From a virus (taxonomy: Duplodnaviria > Caudoviricetes): DNA of 64,000 nt. The position numbers and the translations under genes were made by a program. The notes under the pieces were generated by a model that worked only from the letters and a program-made list of their open reading frames with translations, ran no database searches and was not told the DNA's origin. Shown here one piece after another: positions 1-8,943 of the stretch (position 1 is its first letter; the number at the start of each line of letters is the position of its first letter). The DNA is taken from positions 5,619-69,618 of the IMG/VR virus record IMGVR_UViG_3300025580_000039; one strand, given 5' to 3'.

Positions 1-2
1 AG

Positions 3-908
3 GCCGTGCGGGTTGGTTGGGCTGGGCGTCCCCGTGCCCAGCAAGCTGCGGTGCAGCCAGTCGTCCGCGGTGAAGCGGGGGACGTCCTGGCTGTACAGGG
101 CCGTGATGACGATCGAGTCGGACGCGTTGGCGACCGGCAAGCTGGCGGCGATCACCTCGACCGTGATGGTTGGGGGCGACCCGCCACCGCCCGAGAGCGT
201 GAACGTCCCGCCCCCTCCGACGTTGACGGCCGCGCCAGCCGCCCCACCGGGGGGCGTCCACGTCAGCTCGGTCGTGGCAAACGCGTACGCGAGCGTTCCG
301 GTACCGGCCGACGTGTTGGACGAGACGGCCGTGATGGTCGTGCCCGTCACGTTGATCGGTTGGGCGGCGTAGTTGATGGTCGAGTAGGCGGTCGGCGACT
401 CGATCGCCCCACCCGTCAACGCCCCACCCGTCGCCGTCACGAGCGCGACAACCAAGCAGCGGTCCTGCGCGTCGTTCGCGAGGTCGTCGTCGGAGACGGG
501 CAGGGCGGCGTACTGGGCGGCCGTGTAGACGCGGAGGCGGACCGACCGGTTTGCCTTCGTGTAGGGCGAATTCGTCCCGGTCTCGTGGGGCTGGGGGGCC
601 GATTGCGTTTCCGTGTAGACGGCCACCACGTAGTTGACGGTGCCGAGCACCCCGCTCGCGAGCGCGACGGCCGACTGGCCGGGGTCCAGCACGACGTACT
701 CGCCGTTCGGCGCGTAGCCCGTCCCGGCCGCCACGTCGATGCGGGTGTTGTCCGCTCCATTGACCGTGACGCCAAACCCCGACGCCACTCCCATCGTCGC
801 TTCGTCGAGGGACCGCTGGATGTGTTCGGTCATCCGGGCGGTCTGCTCGAACGCCAGGTCATTCTGATGGACTTCGACGCCTTCAGGCCACAGGGCGCGC
901 TGCGACAT
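3..908 (-). CDS. Virion structural protein (tail/baseplate region), C-terminus runs off the window; absent from the ORF track
   Basis: ATG at 908 after GGAGGAG, 1 nt after the HNH stop. Frame is open to the window edge: MSQRALWPEGVEVHQNDLAFEQTARMTEHIQRSLDEATMGVASGFGVTVNG... Codons are GC3-rich and it carries one copy of the shared module (QPINVTG...GTGTLAY...LTWTPPGG...GGTFTL). Confidence 0.85.
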   Translation of the reverse strand, partial: MSQRALWPEGVEVHQNDLAFEQTARMTEHIQRSLDEATMGVASGFGVTVNGADNTRIDVAAGTGYAPNGEYVVLDPGQSAVALASGVLGTVNYVVAVYTETQSAPQPHETGTNSPYTKANRSVRLRVYTAAQYAALPVSDDDLANDAQDRCLVVALVTATGGALTGGAIESPTAYSTINYAAQPINVTGTTITAVSSNTSAGTGTLAYAFATTELTWTPPGGAAGAAVNVGGGGTFTLSGGGGSPPTITVEVIAASLPVANASDSIVITALYSQDVPRFTADDWLHRSLLGTGTPSPTNPHG

Positions 909-909
909 G

Positions 910-1668
910 TCACTCCTCCAATCGTGCCGGATTGATCGGCAGGTGCAGGGTCAAACGGTACGCGATGTACTCGCGCTCCGTCTTTCTGTTCTTCTGAAAA
1001 TTGCACTCCCTGCACGTGATGGCCAGGTTGGTAATGTCGTTGGTGGGGTGTAGGTCCATCCGAACAATCGGGATCTTGTGGTCCAGGGAAATGGTAGTCG
1101 GCTCAGCCCCGCAGTAGTAGCAAAGGCCACCTTGCTGCGCGTGCAGCGCCAGAACGTCTGCCTCCGTGAACCGACCTGGTACCATAGAGAGGCGTGCCCG
1201 CCTCGTATGTAGCCATGCCTTCACACGGTTCGGTGTCTTCCTGTAGATCAAGCGCATCCGCTCGCGTGCAGCCTTCCTGGAGGCTTTGATGTCCTTGCGA
1301 TACCTGTTGAACTCGTACTCAGCGAGGCGCGCCGCGTTCCTTATCTTCCACACGCGCGTTGCTACACGCTCCTTCGCTACGTTTTCTGGATTCGACCGGT
1401 ACTGGGCGTGTTGCTCTTTGACCTTGCTTGGGTTCTCCGCGCGACGGCGCGCAGCATCAACACGAAGCTGTTCCGGATCGCGCCGGGCATTTTGCTCCTT
1501 CCGCTTCTCCGGGTGCTTGGCGAAGTAGCTCTTGACCCTCGCTCGATCACACACAATGCACTGAGAAACCAGGCCGTCGCGCATAGCTGCACGCGTGTAG
1601 AAAAACTCCCGTGTTGCAGGTTTCTTCTCGCCGCATTTCGAGCACTGCTTCGTGGCCGGTCGCTTCAT
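910..1668 (-). CDS. HNH homing endonuclease (252 aa; true start 1668, not 2007)
   Basis: N-terminal CSKC...CIVC zinc motif, basic helical middle, C-terminal CYYCG...SLDHKIP...NLAITCRECN. ATG overlaps the upstream TGA (TGATG). Visibly more AT-rich than neighbours. Confidence 0.9.
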   Translation of the reverse strand: MKRPATKQCSKCGEKKPATREFFYTRAAMRDGLVSQCIVCDRARVKSYFAKHPEKRKEQNARRDPEQLRVDAARRRAENPSKVKEQHAQYRSNPENVAKERVATRVWKIRNAARLAEYEFNRYRKDIKASRKAARERMRLIYRKTPNRVKAWLHTRRARLSMVPGRFTEADVLALHAQQGGLCYYCGAEPTTISLDHKIPIVRMDLHPTNDITNLAITCRECNFQKNRKTEREYIAYRLTLHLPINPARLEE

Positions 1669-4600
1669 CACGGTCTCAAGATCGGGGAGGTTCCGCCCAC
1701 CCCAAACAGGTTGATGCCCTTGGCGGACACGGATGATAGCCGGAAGTCCCGGGTGTCGACGATGCCGTCGACCGTCACGCGGAACTGACAGAAACGCCCT
1801 GTCGCCGGCAGGACGGCGTCCTTGGCGGTCACGACGTAGGGGGCGGCCGCCAGCAGCAGGGCAGTGGTGGCGCGGCGCCTTTCGATCGTGATGGTCGGGA
1901 CGCTCGTGGGGTTTCCCCGGAGCGACTGGTAGGTGAGGTAGTAGATGGCGTCCGTGCGGTATTCGTCCGCGTTGATCGAGATCGTTTGGTTGTCGAGGTA
2001 GCGCCACCCGACCGACTTGACCGTCCGGACGTTCAGGCCGTTGTTCTCGACGAGAGTCGAAGCCGTCTTGTCCTGGTCGGACCGATCGAACAGGCGGGCT
2101 CGCCTGGTCTGCGGGTTGAAGACGACCTGACTGGTCCGCTCGACCGTGACGAGCGCCGTCTCATACCGGCTCCACGCGTGAAGGTCGACGTACCAGCAGT
2201 AGTCCGCGAACGTGCCGGCCAAGTCGATGACGGCCGACTCGAATCGGATGAGGGCATGGTAGTCGATCGTGTAGCGGGCGGCAGGGTCGTACCCGGCCGT
2301 CACCTCGATCTGGGTGGCCGTGTTGAACTGCCAGCGGTCGTTCGGAACGAGCACGCCGTTCTCGAACAGGCGGGCGGCCTGCTGGTCCTGGTTGGACGAG
2401 ACGGCCAGGGTGGCGGTGTAGGGGGCGAGCACGGGAGTGGCGAACGCGAGCACCTCCCCCTCGACCAGCGAGATGCGTGAGGGCGCCAGATAGGTGCGGC
2501 GTGATGGCGTCCGGATGACGAGGTCGAGGTTGGTGCGCGTTCCGCCGTACAGGTCTACCTCGGTGAACGCACCCTTCAGGTTGCGGGGTACGCCGGCCGT
2601 GTACTCCGTGACATCGAACCGATCCCCCTCCACGTGGGCGGGCAGGACGGTGTCGACGTGGCCCTTCGGGGTCGTGGGGGCGAACGGGAGGCCGAGCAGG
2701 CGTTGCTCCGTGGCAGCCAGGGCGACGGGGCTCCAGATGTAGATCAACTCGCCGAAGTAGCCGCGGTGCCCGCTCCTGGGCGTCGTGTTGATCCCGAGGT
2801 TCAGGGCGGTCGTGTTGGGCTGGCGGAGGACCGCCCTGGCCAGCTCGATCGTCTGTCCCACGGCAGCACCGTCGTGCCGGACCCGCACCTTGAATTGCGT
2901 GGCGGTCGCGGGCAGGACGGTCGAGTACGACAAGCGCGTCATCGCATCGCCGCCATCCGCGTTGATCGACGGGACGGCCGTCGCGCCCGACTCCACCCAG
3001 CCGGCCCCATAGTCGACGCCGAGCCGCACGTTGATCGCGGCCGTGTGGCGATTCCGGACCCACACCTCGAAGGTGAATGGCCACTCCAGGTGGTCGAACG
3101 CGCGGGCGAGCGCGTCCGTTTCGATGGTCGTGTCGCCTGTCCCGTCGTTCGTGAGGGCGATCTGCTCGAAGTCGAACCACCCGTAGTCCAGCAGGTCAGC
3201 GGTCGCGTTGTCAGCGAACCACCCATCCGGCACGTTCGAGCCCAGCAGCGTGACGGTTTCGGTGTCGCCGATGCCCGGCAGCAAGCCGGCATCGATCTCG
3301 ACCGTGATGCCCTGCTCGAAGTTGTCCGACCCGTTGACCTGGTAGGGGAACTGGCCGGCCTGCTCGACAACGTCGCCCGCGTTCTTGGCGAGTACGAGGC
3401 CGGGGGCCGGGACGGTCAAGATGTCGGTCGTCCGGTTGTTCCCCGAGATGGTGACGAGTTCCTCACGGACCGTCCCACGGGCGATGACCACTTGGAAGGT
3501 GTCGTCCGTGTCGGCCTCCCGGAAGGTGTCGGAGGAGGCCAGCTCTAGCGAGACGGACCCGATGATCTCGGGGTTGAGGAGGGTGGACCGGATCCACGGG
3601 TAGCTGAAGACGGTCGCGTAGGCAGCGTTTGCCACGACCTCCAGGACGATCGAGGCGGCTGCCCCGGCGGTGCCGGCGGGGGTCTGGAGGCGGACCCGTT
3701 GGGTCGTCAGGACGGACGCGACCGCGTTGTAGGTGACACCGTAGCGGGTGTCGGCCGCCAAGGCCCCGTTGATGTCGGCGGCCACCTGGGCGGCCGTGCG
3801 AGCCCCTCCGGCCGTCAGGGTGATGTCGATCGAACCGATGCCGTCCAGGTTGAGGCGAAGGGCATCATTCGTGCCACCCACGATGTTGAAGGGGCCGTTG
3901 ATCCGACCGTCGAGCCGGGCGGGGAGGGCAACACCTGGGATCTCGAATGTCCCACCCGCTGCGACATCGACAGTAGGGCCGATCGCCCCGCCGGGCGTCG
4001 TCCACTGGAGTAGTCGGGTAGGGCCTGCAAGCGAGAACGTGAGGGTCCCAGCGCCCGTCTGATTGGCCGCCGCGACCGCCAGAGGGGTGACGCCTGGGAT
4101 GTTGCTTGCGCGCGTCCACTGGGTCCTGTCGCGCTCCTGGAAGGCAGCGTTCCGGAGGAGCGATCCACCCAGCACCCAGCGGGGTCCGAACGTCCGGAAT
4201 GACCAGCGCATCGGTGTGACAGTTGTCACCGCCGAGACGGCCGAGTCGAGCCCCTTCTGCCGCCCCCCGAACATCCGGTACGCCTGGTGGACCTCCTGGA
4301 GCTGCTCGCGGTACGCCTCGTGCTCGTAGGCGGGAGTGTTGAGGTGGAGGAGCCGCTTGCCCCAGACGTCCTCGATCTGGCCCCGCTCGGCCGTCATCAA
4401 GCAGCGGTCGTTGAACGAGTCCGTGACACTGGCGTCGATCCCCTCCAGCACCTCGGCGAGCGCCGCCATCGTCGTGTGGAAGTAGCGGGCGTCCAGGGTG
4501 GTGCGGATCCGCTGGCCGGTGACGTCGTCCTCCAGCTCGACGTCGTTCTTGCCGAGGTCGAGCGTGATGGTGAAGCGGGCGACCGCGTCCGAATCGGTCG

Positions 4601-4811
4601 TGACGGTCCCGCGGAACCGCCCATTCGTGAAGATGCCGAACGTCCTGGCTGGCGCAGCCGTCTGGACGACGAGGTCGTACGGCTTGGTCCCCTGGTACGG
4701 AATCCGGATGCCGGTCGCGTCGTAGAACTGGCCCTTGGGGATGGCGTCGACGAGGTCGCTGTACCGGTTGACCGGGGTGCCATCGAGGTTGAATCCGGGG
4801 TCGCCAGGCAT
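1668..4811 (-). CDS. Large baseplate wedge protein (P2 gpI/T4 gp7-like core with inserted domains), 1047 aa
   Basis: Segment EAYREQLQEVHQAYRMFGGRQKGLDSAVSAVT resembles the gpI-type wedge motif. Lies in the baseplate region and contains inserted beta modules shared with the sheath and neck proteins. Confidence 0.6.
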   Translation of the reverse strand: MPGDPGFNLDGTPVNRYSDLVDAIPKGQFYDATGIRIPYQGTKPYDLVVQTAAPARTFGIFTNGRFRGTVTTDSDAVARFTITLDLGKNDVELEDDVTGQRIRTTLDARYFHTTMAALAEVLEGIDASVTDSFNDRCLMTAERGQIEDVWGKRLLHLNTPAYEHEAYREQLQEVHQAYRMFGGRQKGLDSAVSAVTTVTPMRWSFRTFGPRWVLGGSLLRNAAFQERDRTQWTRASNIPGVTPLAVAAANQTGAGTLTFSLAGPTRLLQWTTPGGAIGPTVDVAAGGTFEIPGVALPARLDGRINGPFNIVGGTNDALRLNLDGIGSIDITLTAGGARTAAQVAADINGALAADTRYGVTYNAVASVLTTQRVRLQTPAGTAGAAASIVLEVVANAAYATVFSYPWIRSTLLNPEIIGSVSLELASSDTFREADTDDTFQVVIARGTVREELVTISGNNRTTDILTVPAPGLVLAKNAGDVVEQAGQFPYQVNGSDNFEQGITVEIDAGLLPGIGDTETVTLLGSNVPDGWFADNATADLLDYGWFDFEQIALTNDGTGDTTIETDALARAFDHLEWPFTFEVWVRNRHTAAINVRLGVDYGAGWVESGATAVPSINADGGDAMTRLSYSTVLPATATQFKVRVRHDGAAVGQTIELARAVLRQPNTTALNLGINTTPRSGHRGYFGELIYIWSPVALAATEQRLLGLPFAPTTPKGHVDTVLPAHVEGDRFDVTEYTAGVPRNLKGAFTEVDLYGGTRTNLDLVIRTPSRRTYLAPSRISLVEGEVLAFATPVLAPYTATLAVSSNQDQQAARLFENGVLVPNDRWQFNTATQIEVTAGYDPAARYTIDYHALIRFESAVIDLAGTFADYCWYVDLHAWSRYETALVTVERTSQVVFNPQTRRARLFDRSDQDKTASTLVENNGLNVRTVKSVGWRYLDNQTISINADEYRTDAIYYLTYQSLRGNPTSVPTITIERRRATTALLLAAAPYVVTAKDAVLPATGRFCQFRVTVDGIVDTRDFRLSSVSAKGINLFGVGGTSPILRP

Positions 4812-4820
4812 CTCGCTACC

Positions 4821-5900
4821 TCACGCAAGCAGGCCGTACCGGCCGGTTCGCAGGTTCCGAAGGGTACGGTCACCGACCAACCCGATCGTCGTACCAGCTT
4901 CCTGAAGGATGAGGAACTCGAACGACAGCTCGTAGGTGAAGGCGTCCGGGACGGTCAGGGCGAGGCCGGCGGCCGTCCAGACCGTGATGGAGACGGTCCT
5001 GGGGGTCGCGACGGCCGGCGACTCGACCCGTACGAGGCTCGCGGAGACCTCGCGGATGAGGGCGGGCTCGTCACCAAACAGCACGACCGTCGGGCACGAG
5101 AAGTCGTCCACGCTGGTGGTGAAGTCGTACGGGTGGGTCGCGGAGGGGTTGGCCACCCGGAACACCACGCTCGCGGCCGTTACGGTGAAGGGGGCGGCGT
5201 CGTAGATGCGGGTTCCGTTTGCCTCCACGATCACGCGATTGCGAACCCGGGTGATCCGAATCGTCCCCGACAGCATGGTGGACGGCGTGATGACATCCTC
5301 GACGGTCGTCCCCCCGACCACGCACAGGAACCGGAAGATGTGGCGCGATCCGGCCGGCAAGCTGGCGTCGAACTCGCGGGAGACCCGGAAGTAGTTGGAG
5401 GCGTCGACCTGCAACTCGAAGTCGAACAGGCGGGTCGTATCGGCCGGGGGCTGGTCGATCACATCCGTCTCGATGGTGAAGGCGGCCTCGAACGCACCCG
5501 TCGCCCCGAACGTCCCCACCGCCGTCAAGCGCGCCGAGCTGTTGGGGGTCGTGCCGCTCCGCAAGAGGAGACGGTCGTCTTGCGTGACCGTCCCCGACCC
5601 CGTCACCCCCGTCTCCCAGAGGGTCACGTCGATGACGGCGCCGGTGAAGTCGTCGTCGAAGGTGGTGTCGGTGTAGACGTACGGCCGTGCGTACGCGTCC
5701 GACCCGCCCGACATGATGAGGTCGGTACCGCCCTCGATGGGACCACCGGCTGCATCGAACAGGAAATCGGGTGGGGCCGGGGGGACGGGCGGCATGGGCC
5801 GCTCCGCACACCTCGACATCGCCCCCAGCACCTCGGCGGTGATGTCGAACGCAGAGAACCCTGCGGTCGGGTCGCGATCGGCGCCTGTCCGGTCGGCCAT
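4821..5900 (-). CDS. Split IPT/TIG-domain virion protein with inserted beta-sandwich; paralog of 8944..9918
   Basis: GGPIEGGTDLIMSG and VVLFGDEPA...VRVESPA...TVPDAFTY are the two IPT halves. Shares DDDF...W, NY..VSR and the C-terminal TLRN.RTGR.G.L with 8944..9918. Confidence 0.65.
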   Translation of the reverse strand: MADRTGADRDPTAGFSAFDITAEVLGAMSRCAERPMPPVPPAPPDFLFDAAGGPIEGGTDLIMSGGSDAYARPYVYTDTTFDDDFTGAVIDVTLWETGVTGSGTVTQDDRLLLRSGTTPNSSARLTAVGTFGATGAFEAAFTIETDVIDQPPADTTRLFDFELQVDASNYFRVSREFDASLPAGSRHIFRFLCVVGGTTVEDVITPSTMLSGTIRITRVRNRVIVEANGTRIYDAAPFTVTAASVVFRVANPSATHPYDFTTSVDDFSCPTVVLFGDEPALIREVSASLVRVESPAVATPRTVSITVWTAAGLALTVPDAFTYELSFEFLILQEAGTTIGLVGDRTLRNLRTGRYGLLA

Positions 5901-5904
5901 CCCA

Positions 5905-6027
5905 CTACTCCGGAATCACCAGGTCGATGCAGTCGCCCAGGTCGGCCATCTCCTCGGCGGTCAGGTCGGCCAGGTGGGCGGTGTCGTCAGCCGGGGGGTC
6001 CCGGTTCTCTCCAGAGCGATCGGCCAT
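5905..6027 (-). CDS. 40-aa acidic peptide MADRSGENRDPPADDTAHLADLTAEEMADLGDCIDLVIPE; absent from the ORF track
   Basis: ATG overlaps the upstream TGA (TGATG at 6029-6025), ends with TAG at 5907-5905 and exactly fills the gap. Codons are GC3-rich and the sequence resembles the N-terminus of the next gene. Confidence 0.7.
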   Translation of the reverse strand: MADRSGENRDPPADDTAHLADLTAEEMADLGDCIDLVIPE

Positions 6028-7034
6028 CACCCAACCTCCACGACGACCCCGGCGGGCCACGGAAGCGTCACGTCTCCGAAGCAGATGCGGTCTGCCACGC
6101 CGTTGCGGATGAGGGGCTCACCCTCCTCCTTGGGGCATGCGAGCCAGCGCATCTGCGAGCCGAACCCTTTCCACCCCACCCCCGTGCCCGCCCCCGACCC
6201 CCGCCCCCAGGCGATTGGGAAGTCGTTGACCTGGCCGGTGTTGCCGTTCGTGCCCGCCTGGATGGGGACCATTTGGCCGTACCCCGAGTTGTAGTAGACG
6301 TGTGGGACGAGGTTGACCCACGCCTCACCAGCCGTGTTCTTCGCGTACCACCCATTCGTGTTGGTGCCGGCCGGTCCCAGGCCCCCTCCATACTGGAACA
6401 TGCTGGTCGTAGAGCCAGAGAGGTAGATGGCCGGGTCGGGTTCCTCGTCCGGGTAGCTGCCCGGCACCATTGGCTCGAACACGATGGTCCCGCCATCATT
6501 CGACGGGTAGGTCCCGCACGACTTCGCGATCACGTACCAGCCGAACGGAGCGGCGTCGTCGGCACCGATGTGGTAGACGAACTCGCCGTAGTTCGGCGCG
6601 CTGCCTGGACCGTCGAAGATGAAACCCCCGTTGGTCGTCCCCCCAGCCGCCATCATGGTGACGTTCTGGCTGTCGCCGTCGGCGGCCGACTGGGTCGGCA
6701 TGTCATTGGCATCGCCGGCCACATCGTAACCGTCCTCGGCCGACACCTTGATCCACCAGTACGCCACCCCCGACGCACCTCGCTGGAAGCAGAACTCCCG
6801 GCGCGGCACCATCGTGGCAGGCCCGCGGATGTGGAACCATGCCCGCGAGTTGTTCATCCCGTTGGCCCCGGATCCCGCGTGCGTGATCTGCACGCCAGTC
6901 CCCGAGTAGGTCGTGCCGTCCGCATCGGCCACCACCGTCCACCCGCAGGACACAAGGAGCTGGCGGAGCGCGAAGATGACCTCGGCACCGCCGTTCACCC
7001 CCACGAAGTTGTTGACGTCGTACTGATAGGCCAT
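6027..7034 (-). CDS. Tail-appendage paralog P3 (335 aa; start 7034)
   Basis: MAYQYDVNN start after TAGGAGG. Family motifs SRAWF, REFC.QRG, GSYP..PDP, P.AWGR, GWKG.G..MRW, PWP. Confidence 0.8.
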   Translation of the reverse strand: MAYQYDVNNFVGVNGGAEVIFALRQLLVSCGWTVVADADGTTYSGTGVQITHAGSGANGMNNSRAWFHIRGPATMVPRREFCFQRGASGVAYWWIKVSAEDGYDVAGDANDMPTQSAADGDSQNVTMMAAGGTTNGGFIFDGPGSAPNYGEFVYHIGADDAAPFGWYVIAKSCGTYPSNDGGTIVFEPMVPGSYPDEEPDPAIYLSGSTTSMFQYGGGLGPAGTNTNGWYAKNTAGEAWVNLVPHVYYNSGYGQMVPIQAGTNGNTGQVNDFPIAWGRGSGAGTGVGWKGFGSQMRWLACPKEEGEPLIRNGVADRICFGDVTLPWPAGVVVEVG

Positions 7035-7044
7035 CGTCGTCCTC

Positions 7045-7995
7045 CTACGCGAGCACCGGAACGACATCGGGCCACGGGAACGTCACGTCATCCATGAGGA
7101 CGCGGAAGCGGACACCACCCGCCGAGATGGTGTCCATGTTGGCTCGGTCCTGCACGGTCCACCGGACCATCGACCCCACCCCCTTCCACCCCAGACAAGA
7201 GCCGGCGGAGGCAGCGCGGCCGTATGGGATGGGCAGAGTGTCCTCGCCGGTCGTGTAGGGGTTGGCGTGGGTCCCCTCGGATGGGGCCATGATGCCGTAC
7301 CCGCTGTTGTAGTACCGGTGACCCAGCATGATGACCCACGCTTCACGCGTCATGTTCATCCGGAACCAACCGGAGGGCGCGCTGCTCGCACTGGCCGATG
7401 TCCAGGACGAGTAGGTCAAGGTACTGTTGGTTGCCGTGATGACGACTGGGTCGGTGTCCTCGGCCGGGTAGCTGCCTGCCACCATCGCGTCCATGAAGAA
7501 GGCGCCAGCCGTCACGGCGGTCGTGTCGACCGCGGCGAACGCGTAGAACGTGTAGGGGGCGGCGTCGTCGGCGCCGAGGTGGTACTGGTAGGTGTTGGCG
7601 GTGGCGAAGATGGTGGCACCCACGACCGAGCTTCCACCGCCCACATTCTGCTGGTCGGTGGCGGTCGGCATGTTGGTGGCGTCGCCGCCAGTCGTGAAGC
7701 GGTCGAGTGCGCTGTACTTGATCCACCAGGCCGTGTTGCCCGCGGTGCCGCGCTGGATGCAGAACTCCCGCCGGCCAGCCGGGTCCTGGATGCGGAACCA
7801 TGCCCGCGAGTTGTTCATCCCGTTGGCCCCGGAGCTGGCATGCGTGATCTGCACGCCAGTCCCCGAGTAGGTCGTGCCGTCCGAATCGGCGAGGACGACC
7901 CATCCAACCGAAACGAGGAGCTGGCGGAGCGCGAACATCACCTCGGCGCCACCGTTGGCACCGTTATTGTTGTTGACGTCGAACTGGTAGGCCAT
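7045..7995 (-). CDS. Tail-appendage paralog P2 (316 aa)
   Basis: Same motif set as P1 and P3; RBS TAGGAGGGG upstream. Confidence 0.8.
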   Translation of the reverse strand: MAYQFDVNNNNGANGGAEVMFALRQLLVSVGWVVLADSDGTTYSGTGVQITHASSGANGMNNSRAWFRIQDPAGRREFCIQRGTAGNTAWWIKYSALDRFTTGGDATNMPTATDQQNVGGGSSVVGATIFATANTYQYHLGADDAAPYTFYAFAAVDTTAVTAGAFFMDAMVAGSYPAEDTDPVVITATNSTLTYSSWTSASASSAPSGWFRMNMTREAWVIMLGHRYYNSGYGIMAPSEGTHANPYTTGEDTLPIPYGRAASAGSCLGWKGVGSMVRWTVQDRANMDTISAGGVRFRVLMDDVTFPWPDVVPVLA

Positions 7996-8004
7996 CGTCC
8001 CCTC

Positions 8005-8940
8005 CTACCTGACCGGCGCGACTCCAACGGGCCAAGGGAGCGAGATGTCGTCGAAGACGACACGGCCGTTGGAAAGGGGTTGCATGTTGGAGTGGTCGGA
8101 TCCGGTCCATCGCATCATTGCGCCGAACCCCTTCCATCCGAACTGGGTGGCAGCCGATCCACCTCGCCCCCACGCGATCGGGAAGTCCATGTCTTCGTCG
8201 GTGTAGGGGTTGGGACCCATGCCATTCGGGTAGAGCTGGCCGTAGCCCGAGGAGAACAGGTAGTGGCCGGTGAACCGTACCCAGGTTTCGCCGCCGAGGT
8301 TCATCGCGTACCACCCGAACGGCGCCGACGCCGCCGACGTCAACCGGGATAGATCGAGGGGAGTGCCGCCCGCGTGGCAGTGGACGATGCGGGGGTCCGC
8401 ATCCTGCGAGGGGTAGCTGCCCGCCACCATCGCGTCGAACACGAAGCACGAGTACGGCGCTCCCGTCCCATTCGAGCAGGTCACGAGGTAGAAGGTGTAG
8501 GGGGCGGCGTTGTCGGCGGCCGCGTGGTACTTGTAGTAGCCGGCCGTGTTGAACAGGGCGGTGCCCGCGTTGGTCGTCCCCCAGACGTTCTGGACGTCCG
8601 TGGCGGTTGGCATGTCGTCTTCATCGGGCGCCCCACCCGTGAACTTGTCGAGCGCGGAGTACCGGATCCACCAGGCCGTGTTGCCACCCGATCCCCGCTG
8701 GATGCAGAACTCCCGCACGCCAGCCGGGTCGGTGATGCGGAACCACGCCCGCGACACGTTCATCAACGTGGCAGTCGTGAGGATGTCGCCGACCGCCGAG
8801 TAGAGCCCCGAGCCCGTCCCCCCGCCAGATCCGAGGACGGTCCACCCGGCTGAGACGAGAAGGGCCTTGAGGTCCCACATGGCTTGGGCGCCGCCGTTGA
8901 CGGTGCCACCCACGTTGTTGGGGTCGTACAGGTAGGCCAT
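8005..8940 (-). CDS. Tail-appendage paralog P1 (311 aa)
   Basis: Same motif set as P2 and P3; starts 3 nt after the upstream stop. Confidence 0.8.
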   Translation of the reverse strand: MAYLYDPNNVGGTVNGGAQAMWDLKALLVSAGWTVLGSGGGTGSGLYSAVGDILTTATLMNVSRAWFRITDPAGVREFCIQRGSGGNTAWWIRYSALDKFTGGAPDEDDMPTATDVQNVWGTTNAGTALFNTAGYYKYHAAADNAAPYTFYLVTCSNGTGAPYSCFVFDAMVAGSYPSQDADPRIVHCHAGGTPLDLSRLTSAASAPFGWYAMNLGGETWVRFTGHYLFSSGYGQLYPNGMGPNPYTDEDMDFPIAWGRGGSAATQFGWKGFGAMMRWTGSDHSNMQPLSNGRVVFDDISLPWPVGVAPVR

Positions 8941-8943
8941 CCG

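Noticed and set aside
4287-7097. Long plus-strand ORFs (4287..7097, 30581..32716, 32953..35799, 45848..48061, 55056..56840 and many shorter ones)
   Set aside because: They are antisense shadows of GC3-rich minus-strand genes: R/G/V/D-rich, no motifs, and fully overlapping well-supported genes.
6833-8730. Diversity-generating retroelement (TR/VR pair) among the paralogs
   Set aside because: No reverse transcriptase in the window, the differences are not adenine-specific, and all copies lie in intact ORFs.
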